Below, in pieces: positions 9,961-19,549 of a DNA stretch of 64,000 bases (position 1 is its first letter; each line of letters opens with the position of its first letter). The stretch lies in assembly GCA_963753975.1 (NCBI GenBank), contig CAVWEH010000005.1, forward strand, positions 480,001-544,000, in the 5' to 3' direction. The DNA comes from an uncultured delta proteobacterium. GTDB taxonomy: Bacteria; Desulfobacterota; Syntrophia; Syntrophales; Smithellaceae. The translations under genes were made by a program, and so were the position numbers. The notes under the pieces were generated by a model. The model saw only the letters and a list, made by a program, of their open reading frames with translations, ran no database searches and was not told the origin of the DNA.

Positions 9961-10951
9961 TGTGTATAGTCTTAATCATACCCATTATTTTTGACTTTAA
10001 GCTTTGAGCTTTAAGAGATAGATTTTTATCTTTTTCCAAAACAAAATTTTCATATAAAGAATTAAATGCAAAATTGAATGCCTCTTGAGCCTCTTCTCTA
10101 GTCTCGCCCCAAACATCAATTTCCAATGGTTCGAATTTAATATAATAGAAATTGTCAGAAAAGATCACTTCACAACTAATTTTTTCTTTAAGCACAAATA
10201 CCGATTGCTCATATTTTATGATTTCTGTTTTAAGCGGATATGTATCATGTTTCAATTCTTCAATATCATAAATTTCTTTAATATTTGCCTTCTTTAAATC
10301 AATTTTGTCACCTTTGGTACATAGTCGTAAATAAGCCCTGTAATTTTTTTCTGTAAGTTCCTGTACTCTTTCAATATATGGGGTTATCTGTATTCTTTTG
10401 TTATCAGATGGCGGTTGTAATGTTCGTACAATCTTTGTTCTACTAGAGTCTAATAAATTAATCTTATAATCTTTCCCATCGGCAATTGCTTTAAAGATCG
10501 GATTGAAAATATTTTTTCTTTCATTGGCAGTATATTTTTTTGATATTTCTTCTACGAAATGATCATCATTAAGATCCGCATAAATAACGTCGTTTCTATA
10601 TATGTTGTATTTATCTCTTTTCCAATCAAGCACATTATTATCAAACAATGAATAATTGATATCTTCTAAATTAGGTGCAATGGAGGTTTGATAACTGCCG
10701 ATTTTTGAATCGACAATAAGCAATTCCATTTCTTTTATTAGTTTTTCTGGTGCTTCTTCATCTTTATCGTAAATGCTTCTAAATTTTTCGTGCTTTAAGA
10801 ATTCAATTTTTAAAAAATTACGAAATGAATTACGTAAATTGCTTAAGACTGAGATAACCGTTCTTAAGCTGGCTAAATCTGAAGAATTTTTTTCGGGCTT
10901 AATTTGGATGTTTATTGAATAATTAAGTAATTTTTTGATTAAATCATTCAT
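9950..10951 (-). CDS. AT-rich hypothetical protein with a C-terminal HicB-like (partial RNase H) segment
   Basis: Long ORF; C-terminal YYIKFEPLEIDVWGETREEAQEAFNFAF resembles the HicB GxTxEEA motif; N-terminal ~240 aa not recognised. Confidence 0.6.
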   Translation of the reverse strand: MNDLIKKLLNYSINIQIKPEKNSSDLASLRTVISVLSNLRNSFRNFLKIEFLKHEKFRSIYDKDEEAPEKLIKEMELLIVDSKIGSYQTSIAPNLEDINYSLFDNNVLDWKRDKYNIYRNDVIYADLNDDHFVEEISKKYTANERKNIFNPIFKAIADGKDYKINLLDSSRTKIVRTLQPPSDNKRIQITPYIERVQELTEKNYRAYLRLCTKGDKIDLKKANIKEIYDIEELKHDTYPLKTEIIKYEQSVFVLKEKISCEVIFSDNFYYIKFEPLEIDVWGETREEAQEAFNFAFNSLYENFVLEKDKNLSLKAQSLKSKIMGMIKTIHNET

Positions 10952-11118
10952 TTTATTTATTTCGATCAACAGCCAATAATTTTAATACATTAACTTCCGC
11001 GATAAAACCCGAAGTGTGCAATAGGGTACTTGAAATCCCGTATATTTTACACGAAAGTTTAAATCAAACAGATTTATTAGTCAAGTCAATTATCGGACAA
11101 AATCAAGTGTATTTTTAG

Positions 11119-13019
11119 CTAATTAACTTTATCTTTTTTCGTTTTTGCGCTGCCTACGAGTTCGTGTTTCTTCATCATGATCAACACAGCCGAGATGGCG
11201 CCTTCGGTCATGCCGGGGATTCGTTCCATCTGACCGATCGTGGCGGGGGCGATGCGGGTGAGCTTGACTTTAAGTTCGTTGGATAATCCGGGAATGGAAT
11301 TATAATCAAAGTCCGGCGGAATTTTCTTTTTTTCCTGTTCCTTCAAACGCTGGACTGATTCAAATTGTCTTTTGATATAGCCTTCGTATTTTGTTTCTAT
11401 TTCGATCTGCTTTTTAACGAAAGAATCGTTTTCCGGCTCCCAGCCGGGAAATTGGGCCAGATTGTCATAAGATAATTCATGCCTTTTGAGGAGACCATAA
11501 AGAGTGGTGTGATTATTCAGAGGCGGCGAATTGAATTTCGCCAGTTGTTCGTTTATTTCCGGCGATGGTTTGACTGGCGATGCTTTCAACCGCTTAATAC
11601 CCTGCTCAATACGACGTATTTTATCCTGCAGTTCTGCGCAATGTTCGCGGGCAACCAAACCCAACTCACAGCCCTTACCCATTAAGCGGATGACGGCATT
11701 GTCTTCCCGCAGAATGAGGCGATATTCGGCGCGGGAGGTAAACATACGATACGGTTCATCCACGCCGCGGGTAACCAGATCGTCGATCATTACCGCCATG
11801 TAGGCCTCCGAGCGATCCAGAATAAAAGCGGGAGCGGCCTGAACGGCACGCGCGGCGTTGATTCCCGCCCAGAGACCCTGCGCCGCCGCTTCTTCATAAC
11901 CGGATGTGCCGTTGATCTGACCGGCCAGATACAGTCCCCGAATTAGTTTGGTCTCCAAAGTGAGCTTCAACTGGCTGGGCTGAACAAAATCATACTCGAT
12001 GGCGTAAGCCGGACGCATGATTTCCGCCTGCTCCAGACCTTTTACGCTGTGCACAATCTGATACTGTATCGCGAGCGGCAGGCAGTTACCCAGGCCTTTG
12101 GCATAAACTTCCTCTGTTTCGAGTCCCTCATGTTCCAGCACTACAGGATGGCTTTCGCGCTCGCCGAAGCGCATGACTTTATCTTCGAGCGATGGACAAT
12201 AGCGGGCACTCACTCCTTTAATGACACCGGCATATAAAGGCGAATACTGAATATTTTCTCTAATCACGCGATGCGTTTCGGCGGATGTCGCACTAAAATA
12301 TGAAGGTAGACGCTCCTTCCGCAGAGCACTGGTTGTAAAAGAAAATGGTTGGGGGTCGGGGTCGCTGTCTTGGCGCTCGAGGCGGGAAAAATCAATGGAT
12401 GAAGCGCGCAGGCGCGGGCGGGGTTCCGGTTTTCATTCTACCCATTTCAAAGCCCAGCTGTTTGAGGTTCTTTGCCAGCCCGATGGATGCCAGCTCTCCG
12501 GCGCGTCCCGAAGCGGTCTGCGATGCGCCGATATGCACCAAGGCCGTTTAAAAAAGTGCCGGTGGTTATAATGACCTTTTTCGCGCCGTAAAAATACCCG
12601 CTTTGATCCAGCACTCCTACGACCGCGCCATTTTCTATGACGAGGCTTTCAACCATGGCTTGCCGGATATGGAGATTTTTCTGACTCTCGACCACCGCTT
12701 TCATCGTCAGGCGGTAGAGCTGCTTATCGCACTGCATCCGGGAAGAATGAACGGCAGGCCCCTTCGAGGCGTTGAGCATCCTGAAATGCACGGCGGTTTT
12801 GTCGGTAACCTTGCCCATCTCGCCCCCGAGAGCATCGATTTCTTTGACCAATTGGCCTTTAGCCAGGCCGCCGATAGCGGGATTGCAGGACATGAGCGCG
12901 ATAGAATCCAGATTGATATTGAACAAAAGTGTTTTGCAGCCCATGCGCGCCGCGGCCAGAGCCGCTTCGCAGCCAGCGTGGCCGCCGCCGATCACCAAAA
13001 TGTCGTAATTGTCAGGCAA
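11119..13019 (-). CDS. mnmG: tRNA U34 5-carboxymethylaminomethyl modification enzyme MnmG/GidA, one frameshift at ~12541
   Basis: [76 protein letters not shown]. Confidence 0.95.
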
Positions 13020-13085
13020 CTTTGTTGCTCCTTAAATCAAGCACTTGCGCTTGCGTGAAAACGATGTTAATCGACAAAGACGCTA

Positions 13086-13115
13086 ATCCCTCGACTCGCT
13101 AGGCTCGCTCAGGAT
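13086..13115. repeat. Short REP-like imperfect palindrome
   Basis: ATCCCTCGACTCGCTAGGCTCGCTCAGGAT between divergent genes; single copy in this window. Confidence 0.3.
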
Positions 13116-13214
13116 CAATTCGACCAAGACTTTTTCCTGCGACACTACCTTGAAAAAAGCCGGTACTCATTGATAGTATTGCTGCAAAAAAAACACAACA
13201 AAAAAGAGGTGGCT

Positions 13215-14141
13215 GTGGCCAAACCTGATTTTTGGAAAAACAATAAGAGATATTACGATCTGAAAAGTTACTGGCGTAATTTATTCGGCTGTAATGTGCA
13301 CAAATTGCCGATTGATGCGGGATTTACTTGCCCGAACCGTGACGGCCGCGTTGCTTACGGTGGTTGTATTTATTGCGACGGACGCGCCTCTAAATTGCGC
13401 CAGAAGGGCGAATTGCCAACGGTCGCCGAACAAATTCAAAGTGGCAAGACGTTTTATAAACCTCATGCGTCGAAATTTATTGCATATTTCCAAACGTTTA
13501 CCAATACCTACGCCCCTCTTGCTAAATTGCAGGCACTCTACAACGAAGCTTTGAGCCAGGAAGGTGTGATTGGTCTTTCCATCGGTACCAGGCCGGATTG
13601 CCTGACACCGGAAACAATAGTCTTATTAGAGAAATACGCGAAAAAATATCACATCTGGCTCGAGTTGGGATTACAATCCATGCATGATAAAACGCTGCAG
13701 CGTATTAACCGAGGACATAATTTTCAGCAGTTCTTGGATGCCGTTCATGCCTGCGCCGGTCACGGTATTAATCTTTGTGTTCATATCATTATCGGTTTGC
13801 CGGGCGAAGGCGAGGAAGATATTCACAAGACGGCGCAATTCTTAGCAAGATTGCCCATAAACGGCATCAAAATTCATTCTTTGCTGGCTTTGGAAGGCAC
13901 GAGGCTGGGCGAAATGTACAAAAATGAATCAATTAAGCTTATAACCAAGGAAAAATACGTTTCTTTGGTGGCCGATGTTCTGGAAATTTTGCCTCCGACA
14001 ATGGTAATCCAGCGATTAACTGCCGAAGGTTATCGCGATATTTTCCTTGCGCCTGACTGGGCAATGAATAAATTAGAAGTGTTAAATGCGATTAATAAGG
14101 AATTGGAGAAACGGGACTCATATCAAGGTAAAAACTATTAA
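13215..14141 (+). CDS. TIGR01212-family (YhcC/YtqA-like) radical SAM protein
   Basis: DAGFTCPNRDG...GGCIYC, YFQTFTNTY, IGTRPDC, ELGLQS; GTG start after GAGGT is approximate. Confidence 0.88.
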   Translation: MAKPDFWKNNKRYYDLKSYWRNLFGCNVHKLPIDAGFTCPNRDGRVAYGGCIYCDGRASKLRQKGELPTVAEQIQSGKTFYKPHASKFIAYFQTFTNTYAPLAKLQALYNEALSQEGVIGLSIGTRPDCLTPETIVLLEKYAKKYHIWLELGLQSMHDKTLQRINRGHNFQQFLDAVHACAGHGINLCVHIIIGLPGEGEEDIHKTAQFLARLPINGIKIHSLLALEGTRLGEMYKNESIKLITKEKYVSLVADVLEILPPTMVIQRLTAEGYRDIFLAPDWAMNKLEVLNAINKELEKRDSYQGKNY

Positions 14142-14214
14142 GGATATAAATTAGTATTGGAAGTTGAGCATAAAACTTGCTAAATTTCCTTTTCAGTTAA
14201 TTGGTAATAGAAAT

Positions 14215-14844
14215 ATGATAGCGATAATTGATTATAAGGCTGGAAATCTGACAAGTGTCGCCAGGGCATTGCAAAACATGAATGAAAGTTTTGTAATAAC
14301 CGATGATACAAAAAAGCTGGATGCGGCAACGCACGTTATCTTTCCGGGAGTCGGTGCGGCAGGCGATGCTATGGCTAACCTGCGCCGAAAGAAATTGGAT
14401 AGCTGGCTTATGAGCTGGATAAAGACCGGCAAGCCGCTGATGGGTATTTGTCTGGGCACCCAAATTATTCTGGATTACAGTGAGGAAAACGAAACCAAGT
14501 GCATCGGGCTTGTTCGCGGTTCAACAAAGCGCTTCCCGGACGACCTAAATATTGCCTGCCGTAAATTAAAGATCCCTCACATGGGCTGGAACGATGTTTC
14601 ATTCAATCGCGAGCACCCGGTATTCAGAGACGTGCCAAAGGAGGCGGAATTTTATTTTGTGCACTCTTACTATCCGGCCCCGGAGGACGACGCGCTGGTT
14701 TTAGGGGTCACCGATTACGGCATCAACTTTTGTTCAGTTCTGGCCGCTAACAATTGGGTAGCGATGCAATTCCATCCGGAAAAAAGCGGCCGCCCCGGTT
14801 TGCAAATACTGCGCAACTTCTGCCGCTGGAGGGGAAATGCTTAA
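14215..14844 (+). CDS. hisH: Imidazole glycerol phosphate synthase glutaminase subunit
   Basis: IIDYKAGNLTSV, FPGVGA, GICLG, PHMGWN, YFVHSY, QFHPEKS. Confidence 0.95.
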   Translation: MIAIIDYKAGNLTSVARALQNMNESFVITDDTKKLDAATHVIFPGVGAAGDAMANLRRKKLDSWLMSWIKTGKPLMGICLGTQIILDYSEENETKCIGLVRGSTKRFPDDLNIACRKLKIPHMGWNDVSFNREHPVFRDVPKEAEFYFVHSYYPAPEDDALVLGVTDYGINFCSVLAANNWVAMQFHPEKSGRPGLQILRNFCRWRGNA

Positions 14845-14878
14845 TGAAGTTATGAAAATCAAAGTACGTGTAATCACG

Positions 14879-15005
14879 GACGACCTTGCAAAAAGCGCCA
14901 GAGGCAAGGCGCGCAAGGCACGAGGCGTGAGGCGTACTTTTGGCGTACACCGCAACAACGAGGGACGCGGCGCAACGCAGCATATGGACTTTTTGCGAGG
15001 TTGTC
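14879..15005. mobile_element. 127-bp MITE-like element with 17-bp terminal inverted repeats
   Basis: GACGACCTTGCAAAAAG (14879-14895) and CTTTTTGCGAGGTTGTC (14989-15005) are 15/17 complementary; GC-rich non-coding interior. Confidence 0.7.
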
Positions 15006-15785
15006 ATGCTTAGCAAAAGAATTATTCCTTGCCTGGATGTGCGTGACGGAAAACTCACCAAGGGCATCAAATTCAAGGATAATGTCGATATTGGCGATCC
15101 GGTCGAAGCCGCACGGGCATATTACGAGGAGGGCGCCGATGAAATCGTGTTTTACGATATAACCGCCTCGGCGGAGCGCCGCGATATAATGATTGATGTA
15201 GTTCGCCGCGTGGCGCAGAGAATTTTTATTCCCTTTTCCGTCGGCGGCGGCATCCGCAATGTGGAAGATATGCGCCGGGTAATTCTGGCCGGAGCGGAAA
15301 AAGTCAGCGTTAATTCCACTGCTGTCACCGATCCGAAAATTATTTCGCACGGCGCGAAGGCATTCGGCAGCCAGTGCATAGTGCTGGGTATGGATGTAAA
15401 AAAAGCGGAAATGTCGGATAAAATTCCTTCCGGCTATGAAATCGTCATTAACGGAGGACGAACATTTACGGGTATCGATGCTCTCTGGTGGGCAAAAGAG
15501 GCGGAAAAACTCGGGGCCGGTGAAATTTGTCTGAATTCCATTGACGCCGACGGCACCCAAAAGGGTTATGAATTGAATCTAACGGCGCTTATTGCCGAAA
15601 ATGTGAATATTCCGGTTATAGCATCTGGAGGAGCAGGGAAACCCGAACACCTTGCGCAAGTGTTAACGGAAGGAAAGGCCGACGCGGCGCTCATCGCTTC
15701 GATGGTTCATTACCGTATGTACACGATTGCGGATATTAAACAATATCTGAACGATAGACAAATCAAAACAAGAATGCTCTGGTAG
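15006..15785 (+). CDS. hisF: Imidazole glycerol phosphate synthase cyclase subunit
   Basis: [46 protein letters not shown]. Confidence 0.96.
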   Translation: MLSKRIIPCLDVRDGKLTKGIKFKDNVDIGDPVEAARAYYEEGADEIVFYDITASAERRDIMIDVVRRVAQRIFIPFSVGGGIRNVEDMRRVILAGAEKVSVNSTAVTDPKIISHGAKAFGSQCIVLGMDVKKAEMSDKIPSGYEIVINGGRTFTGIDALWWAKEAEKLGAGEICLNSIDADGTQKGYELNLTALIAENVNIPVIASGGAGKPEHLAQVLTEGKADAALIASMVHYRMYTIADIKQYLNDRQIKTRMLW

Positions 15786-15911
15786 AGCGGCAACGAATAT
15801 AGGCGTGGCGAATTTTCGCGTGTTTTTAGATAATTGACAAAAAAATATTTCACTATACAAAGCTGCTATTAAGTATTAATATTTTATAAGTAAGTTAGGA
15901 GGCGATTTAAG

Positions 15912-16793
15912 GTGGATGCAAAAAGACATGAATTAAATATCCAATTGGCGCAAATGTTAAAAGGCGGCGTCATCATGGATGTAACCAATGTAGAACAGGC
16001 GAAGATTGCCGAAGATGCAGGCGCCGTTGCTGTAATGGCGTTGGAGCGCGTACCCGCGGATATCCGCAAGGACGGGGGCGTCGCCAGAATGTCCGATCCG
16101 GCCATGATCGCCCAAATTAAAAAGGCCGTATCGATTCCGGTAATGGCCAAAGCACGTATCGGCCATTTTGCGGAGGCGCAAATTCTCGAGGCATTGCGTA
16201 TTGATTATATTGATGAAAGCGAAGTGCTGACTCCGGCCGATGAAGAATGTCATATTGATAAGACAAAATTTAAAATCCCGTTTGTTTGCGGCGCGCGCAA
16301 TCTCGGCGAAGCTCTGCGCCGGATAGCCGAAGGCGCGGCAATGATCCGCACTAAAGGAGAAGCGGGAACCGGAAATGTTGTAGAAGCTGTGCGCCACATG
16401 AGAACCATGAATCGCGAAATCCGCCAGTTAGTTGAAATGCCCAAAGAAGAAGTAACAGGCTTTGCGAAAGCCAACGGCATGCCTTATGACCTCGCACTGA
16501 AAGTCAAGGAGTTGGGTCGCCTACCTGTTGTTAATTTTGCCGCGGGCGGAATTGCCACTCCCGCCGATGCAGCCTTGATGATGCAACTGGGCTGTGATGG
16601 AATTTTTGTCGGCTCCGGCATATTCAAATCCGCCGATCCGGGGCTGCGCGCGAAAGCGATAGTCAAGGCGACAGCATATTTTAATGATCCCAAGAAAGTT
16701 ATGGAAGCATCAATGGGACTGGGTGAAGCGATGCCCGGCCTGGAAATATCACAAATCCCTCCTGATCAGCGTTTAGCTAGCCGCGGTTGGTAG
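15912..16793 (+). CDS. pdxS: Pyridoxal 5'-phosphate synthase lyase subunit
   Basis: [47 protein letters not shown]. Confidence 0.97.
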   Translation: MDAKRHELNIQLAQMLKGGVIMDVTNVEQAKIAEDAGAVAVMALERVPADIRKDGGVARMSDPAMIAQIKKAVSIPVMAKARIGHFAEAQILEALRIDYIDESEVLTPADEECHIDKTKFKIPFVCGARNLGEALRRIAEGAAMIRTKGEAGTGNVVEAVRHMRTMNREIRQLVEMPKEEVTGFAKANGMPYDLALKVKELGRLPVVNFAAGGIATPADAALMMQLGCDGIFVGSGIFKSADPGLRAKAIVKATAYFNDPKKVMEASMGLGEAMPGLEISQIPPDQRLASRGW

Positions 16794-16798
16794 CAAAT

Positions 16799-17473
16799 AT
16801 GGCCTTGCATCTGGTAAGCAATAAATCTGCGTCGATAGGAATTCTGGACTTACAGGGCGGCGTTCATGAGCATTTAGACCATCTGGAGCGCCTGGGAATC
16901 CCCTATAAGAGAGTGAAACAGGAAGCTGATTTTGCAGACTTGGCGGGTCTCATCATCCCCGGCGGTGAGAGCTCCTGCATTGCGAAACTGCTCGATACTT
17001 TCGGAATTAAAAAAATAATACTCAATGCGCACCGCAGAGGCATGAAAATATGGGGAACCTGCGCAGGTGCGATTTTGCTTGCCGAAAAAGTAATTAACGA
17101 ATCGCCTTGTCTTGGGCTCATCGATATGGAAATCGAGCGCAACAGTTTTGGCAGTCACCTCGATAGTTTTGTCACTGAAGCGTTGATTCCTGCGGTCGCT
17201 CGCGAGTCGATGCCATTGACCTTTATCAGGGCGCCGAAGATCACTAAAGTGGGGAAAGATGTCCGGGTACTTTTGAAAATTGACGACTACATAGCGGCGG
17301 CGGAAAGCAAAAATGTTCTGGTTACCGTATTTCATCCGGAATTAACCGGATGCCTGGCACTGCATCGCTATTTTGCTCTCAAATGCGGATTGCAGACGGC
17401 CTTAAGCGCGCAAGATTGTATTGATCGTCATTGGCAAATTTCCAGTTGGACGAGACTTGCCCGCATTGCCTGA
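16799..17473 (+). CDS. pdxT: Pyridoxal 5'-phosphate synthase glutaminase subunit
   Basis: LDLQGGVHEH, IIPGGES, GTCAG, FIRAP, FHPEL; follows pdxS. Confidence 0.93.
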   Translation: MALHLVSNKSASIGILDLQGGVHEHLDHLERLGIPYKRVKQEADFADLAGLIIPGGESSCIAKLLDTFGIKKIILNAHRRGMKIWGTCAGAILLAEKVINESPCLGLIDMEIERNSFGSHLDSFVTEALIPAVARESMPLTFIRAPKITKVGKDVRVLLKIDDYIAAAESKNVLVTVFHPELTGCLALHRYFALKCGLQTALSAQDCIDRHWQISSWTRLARIA

Positions 17474-17584
17474 TTTGTATGTATAAGTAAACTTAGAGCT
17501 CTAATTTCCGTCAGTGCCCAAAAGTTAAATCTAATTCGGGGATATTATTCCCGTATAGGCAATTTTTTAGCCGGCAGAAGTATT

Positions 17585-17701
17585 TTGAAGTTCTCCGCGG
17601 CAAGGCGCGGAGAATCTTCGATTCTTGAGGAAATATTAATTCCGGATTCGCTCGCTCACCCCACAGCAAGCTACGGGGGATGCGCGAGCTGCCGAATTCA
17701 A
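17585..17701. mobile_element. 117-bp miniature element with two related hairpins, bounded by TTGAA...TTCAA
   Basis: Hairpins TTCTCCGC-GGCAAGGC-GCGGAGAA and CCCCACAGCAAGCTACGGGG; a degenerate copy of the second lies at ~39844-39863. Confidence 0.55.
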
Positions 17702-17723
17702 CGACTTGAAAGGAGATGATAGT

Positions 17724-17999
17724 ATGGAAACTAAGGATGCATATGTAGCCAAACTCAAAGCCCAAATTGATCAATGGAGCGCAGAAATAGACAAACTCGA
17801 GGCAAAAGCAAAAAAGACCAGGGAAGACTATGAAGCTCAAATAAAAGCATTACGCCAGAAGTACGATTCGGCAAAAACCAGGATAACGGAAATCCAGCAA
17901 GCGAGTGAGGCCTCATGGAAAGATCTAAAGGAGGGAGTAGAGACCGCCTGGAGTGCTTTTAAGCAAGGGTTAGACAAGGCCAAAGCTCGATTCAAATAA
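17724..17999 (+). CDS. Small coiled-coil hypothetical protein (stress-response-like)
   Basis: AAGGAG SD; YVAKLKAQIDQWSAEIDKLEAKA...SWKDLKEGVETAW. Confidence 0.75.
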   Translation: METKDAYVAKLKAQIDQWSAEIDKLEAKAKKTREDYEAQIKALRQKYDSAKTRITEIQQASEASWKDLKEGVETAWSAFKQGLDKAKARFK

Positions 18000-18103
18000 C
18001 ATATTAAAGTTCCAGAAAAGCAAGCTTACATTTACGTAAAGGCGATATTGGTAATGCAGCTTATGCGAATTGTTTAATACTGCCTTCAACTTTCTTTAGT
18101 ATT

Positions 18104-18877
18104 ATGCATTTCATTGAAAATATCGAAGAGAATTTCTTTGGCGTTGGTCGCTATTGGGGAAGTTTTAATCCTTCGTTGACTCAGGCTGGATCAATTTGGG
18201 CAATGAACACCGGCGTATCTATTTCCGATTGCAACTGGGTCTGGAATGAAAAGCCTTTAACCAATGATGATGCGAAGTCCATCGCTGATATAAAAAAGAT
18301 TTACAAAAAATTAAATCTGCGTTTCTGGTGGTGGATATATCCCCGTGGGCAATCGCCGCAAACCAGAATTATGTTGCAAGATGCGGGATTGCGGTTGATT
18401 GAAAAAATACCTTGCATGGCTACGGATTTGAACGATTCATCTCCAGAAAAGCAAATCCCCGACAATATAATAATCTCTACCGTTAAAGACAAAAAAGATT
18501 TGCTTATCTGGGAGGACATTTCTTTTCATGGTTTTGAAATGCTTGAGCGCGTGAGAGCGCAGTACGGGGCTTTTGTTTCATCGTTTGATCTTGGAAACCA
18601 ATCGCCGCAAAAGCTTTTTCTTGCCTATTTCGACGGCAAACCTGCAGCCACATCGCTGCTTTTTGTGCATAACAATACAGCGGGAATCTACTATGTCTCT
18701 ACTCTTCCCGCTTATCGGAACAAAGGCTTGGGTTTAAATGTAACGCTGGCCGCGATGCAAACCGCAAAAAAATCGGGATTCAAAAATATTATTTTGCAGG
18801 CATCCAAATTTGGAGTGAATGTTTATAGGCGGGCGGGTTTTAAAGAATACTGTAAGGCAGATATTTACAAACTTTGA
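18104..18877 (+). CDS. GNAT family N-acetyltransferase
   Basis: AGIYYVSTLPAYRNKGLG, VYRRAGF. Confidence 0.85.
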   Translation: MHFIENIEENFFGVGRYWGSFNPSLTQAGSIWAMNTGVSISDCNWVWNEKPLTNDDAKSIADIKKIYKKLNLRFWWWIYPRGQSPQTRIMLQDAGLRLIEKIPCMATDLNDSSPEKQIPDNIIISTVKDKKDLLIWEDISFHGFEMLERVRAQYGAFVSSFDLGNQSPQKLFLAYFDGKPAATSLLFVHNNTAGIYYVSTLPAYRNKGLGLNVTLAAMQTAKKSGFKNIILQASKFGVNVYRRAGFKEYCKADIYKL

Positions 18878-18963
18878 ATTTAGATTTTAATTGTTTCGAA
18901 CTATTATACTCGAGTTAATAGTGATCGTTTTCACTTCTTAAGTATAGCTTCTTCATTATTTAC

Positions 18964-19022
18964 ACGGAACGTGTGTGGCACCCGCGTTGCGGAGCGACGC
19001 TGGTCGGACATACTGGTTAGTC
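18964..19022. repeat. 59-bp imperfect hairpin with AAC...GTT ends (attC-like, degenerate)
   Basis: ACGGAAC-GTGTGTGGCACCCGCGTTGC-GGA-GCGACGCTGGTCGGACATAC-TG-GTTAGTC. Confidence 0.4.
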
Positions 19023-19064
19023 CGTGTAAGTGGCGAATTTGATTGCCTTCTTACTGCTATGTTT

Positions 19065-19156
19065 GGTCTCATTACAACTTACCAATTCCGCCGTGTGATC
19101 TCTTGTGACCTTCAGGTTATTAGGTTATACACTTTGCTTTCGGGATTTAAGTTTCG
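19065..19156 (+). repeat. Dispersed hairpin repeat family, locus 1
   Basis: 19065-19087 is identical (23 nt) to 26555-26577; unit reads AACT-TA-stem...stem-AGTT-TC. Confidence 0.7.
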
Positions 19157-19333
19157 CGAATAAAAACCTTAACACCGCAATCTTCGAATTCAAAATAACT
19201 ATGATAACGAAATAATACTATTTAATAAATTGTCAATAAGTTTATTTATTTTCACTTTGAGATGAAATAGTTAAGTCGCACTTTTTTTATTTTTTGCCCT
19301 CATAATTCAGGAAATATAGTGATGCACGATGAA

Positions 19334-19411
19334 CAACAAAGGTGTTGGTATTTGTTCTGCTAAAAAACAACAAAATTGTTCTATTTTGTTGTTTGAGCAA
19401 CGTCTTTGTTG
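19334..19411. promoter_or_regulatory. Three palindromic putative upstream activator sites, consensus CAACA-N4-TGTTG
   Basis: CAACAAAGGTGTTG 19334-19347, CAACAAAATTGTTC 19368-19381, CAACGTCTTTGTTG 19398-19411, upstream of a sigma-54 promoter. Confidence 0.7.
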
Positions 19412-19476
19412 TGCTTTCTTGCCTCTTCTTACAATCGTATTTATAAATTATCCAATGCAATCCAGCTATTACCTAT

Positions 19477-19493
19477 TTGGCATTCCTATTGCT
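19477..19493 (+). promoter_or_regulatory. Sigma-54 (-24/-12) promoter of the amtB operon
   Basis: TTGGCATTCCTATTGCT, GG-N10-GC spacing. Confidence 0.85.
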
Positions 19494-19549
19494 ATGTAGC
19501 TTCCATGTAGAGCAATTTAATTCGAAAATTTCTGAAGGAGGTTAAGACA

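Noticed and set aside
14874..15560. Long antisense or alternate-frame ORFs (e.g. 14874-15560, 20767-21582, 31676-32341, 56243-56932)
   Set aside because: Shadows of well-supported genes on the opposite strand with no recognisable motifs
14215..17473. hisHF next to pdxST (two glutaminase/barrel pairs) as a functional unit
   Set aside because: Both pairs look canonical and are separated by a promoter-like spacer; probably chance adjacency
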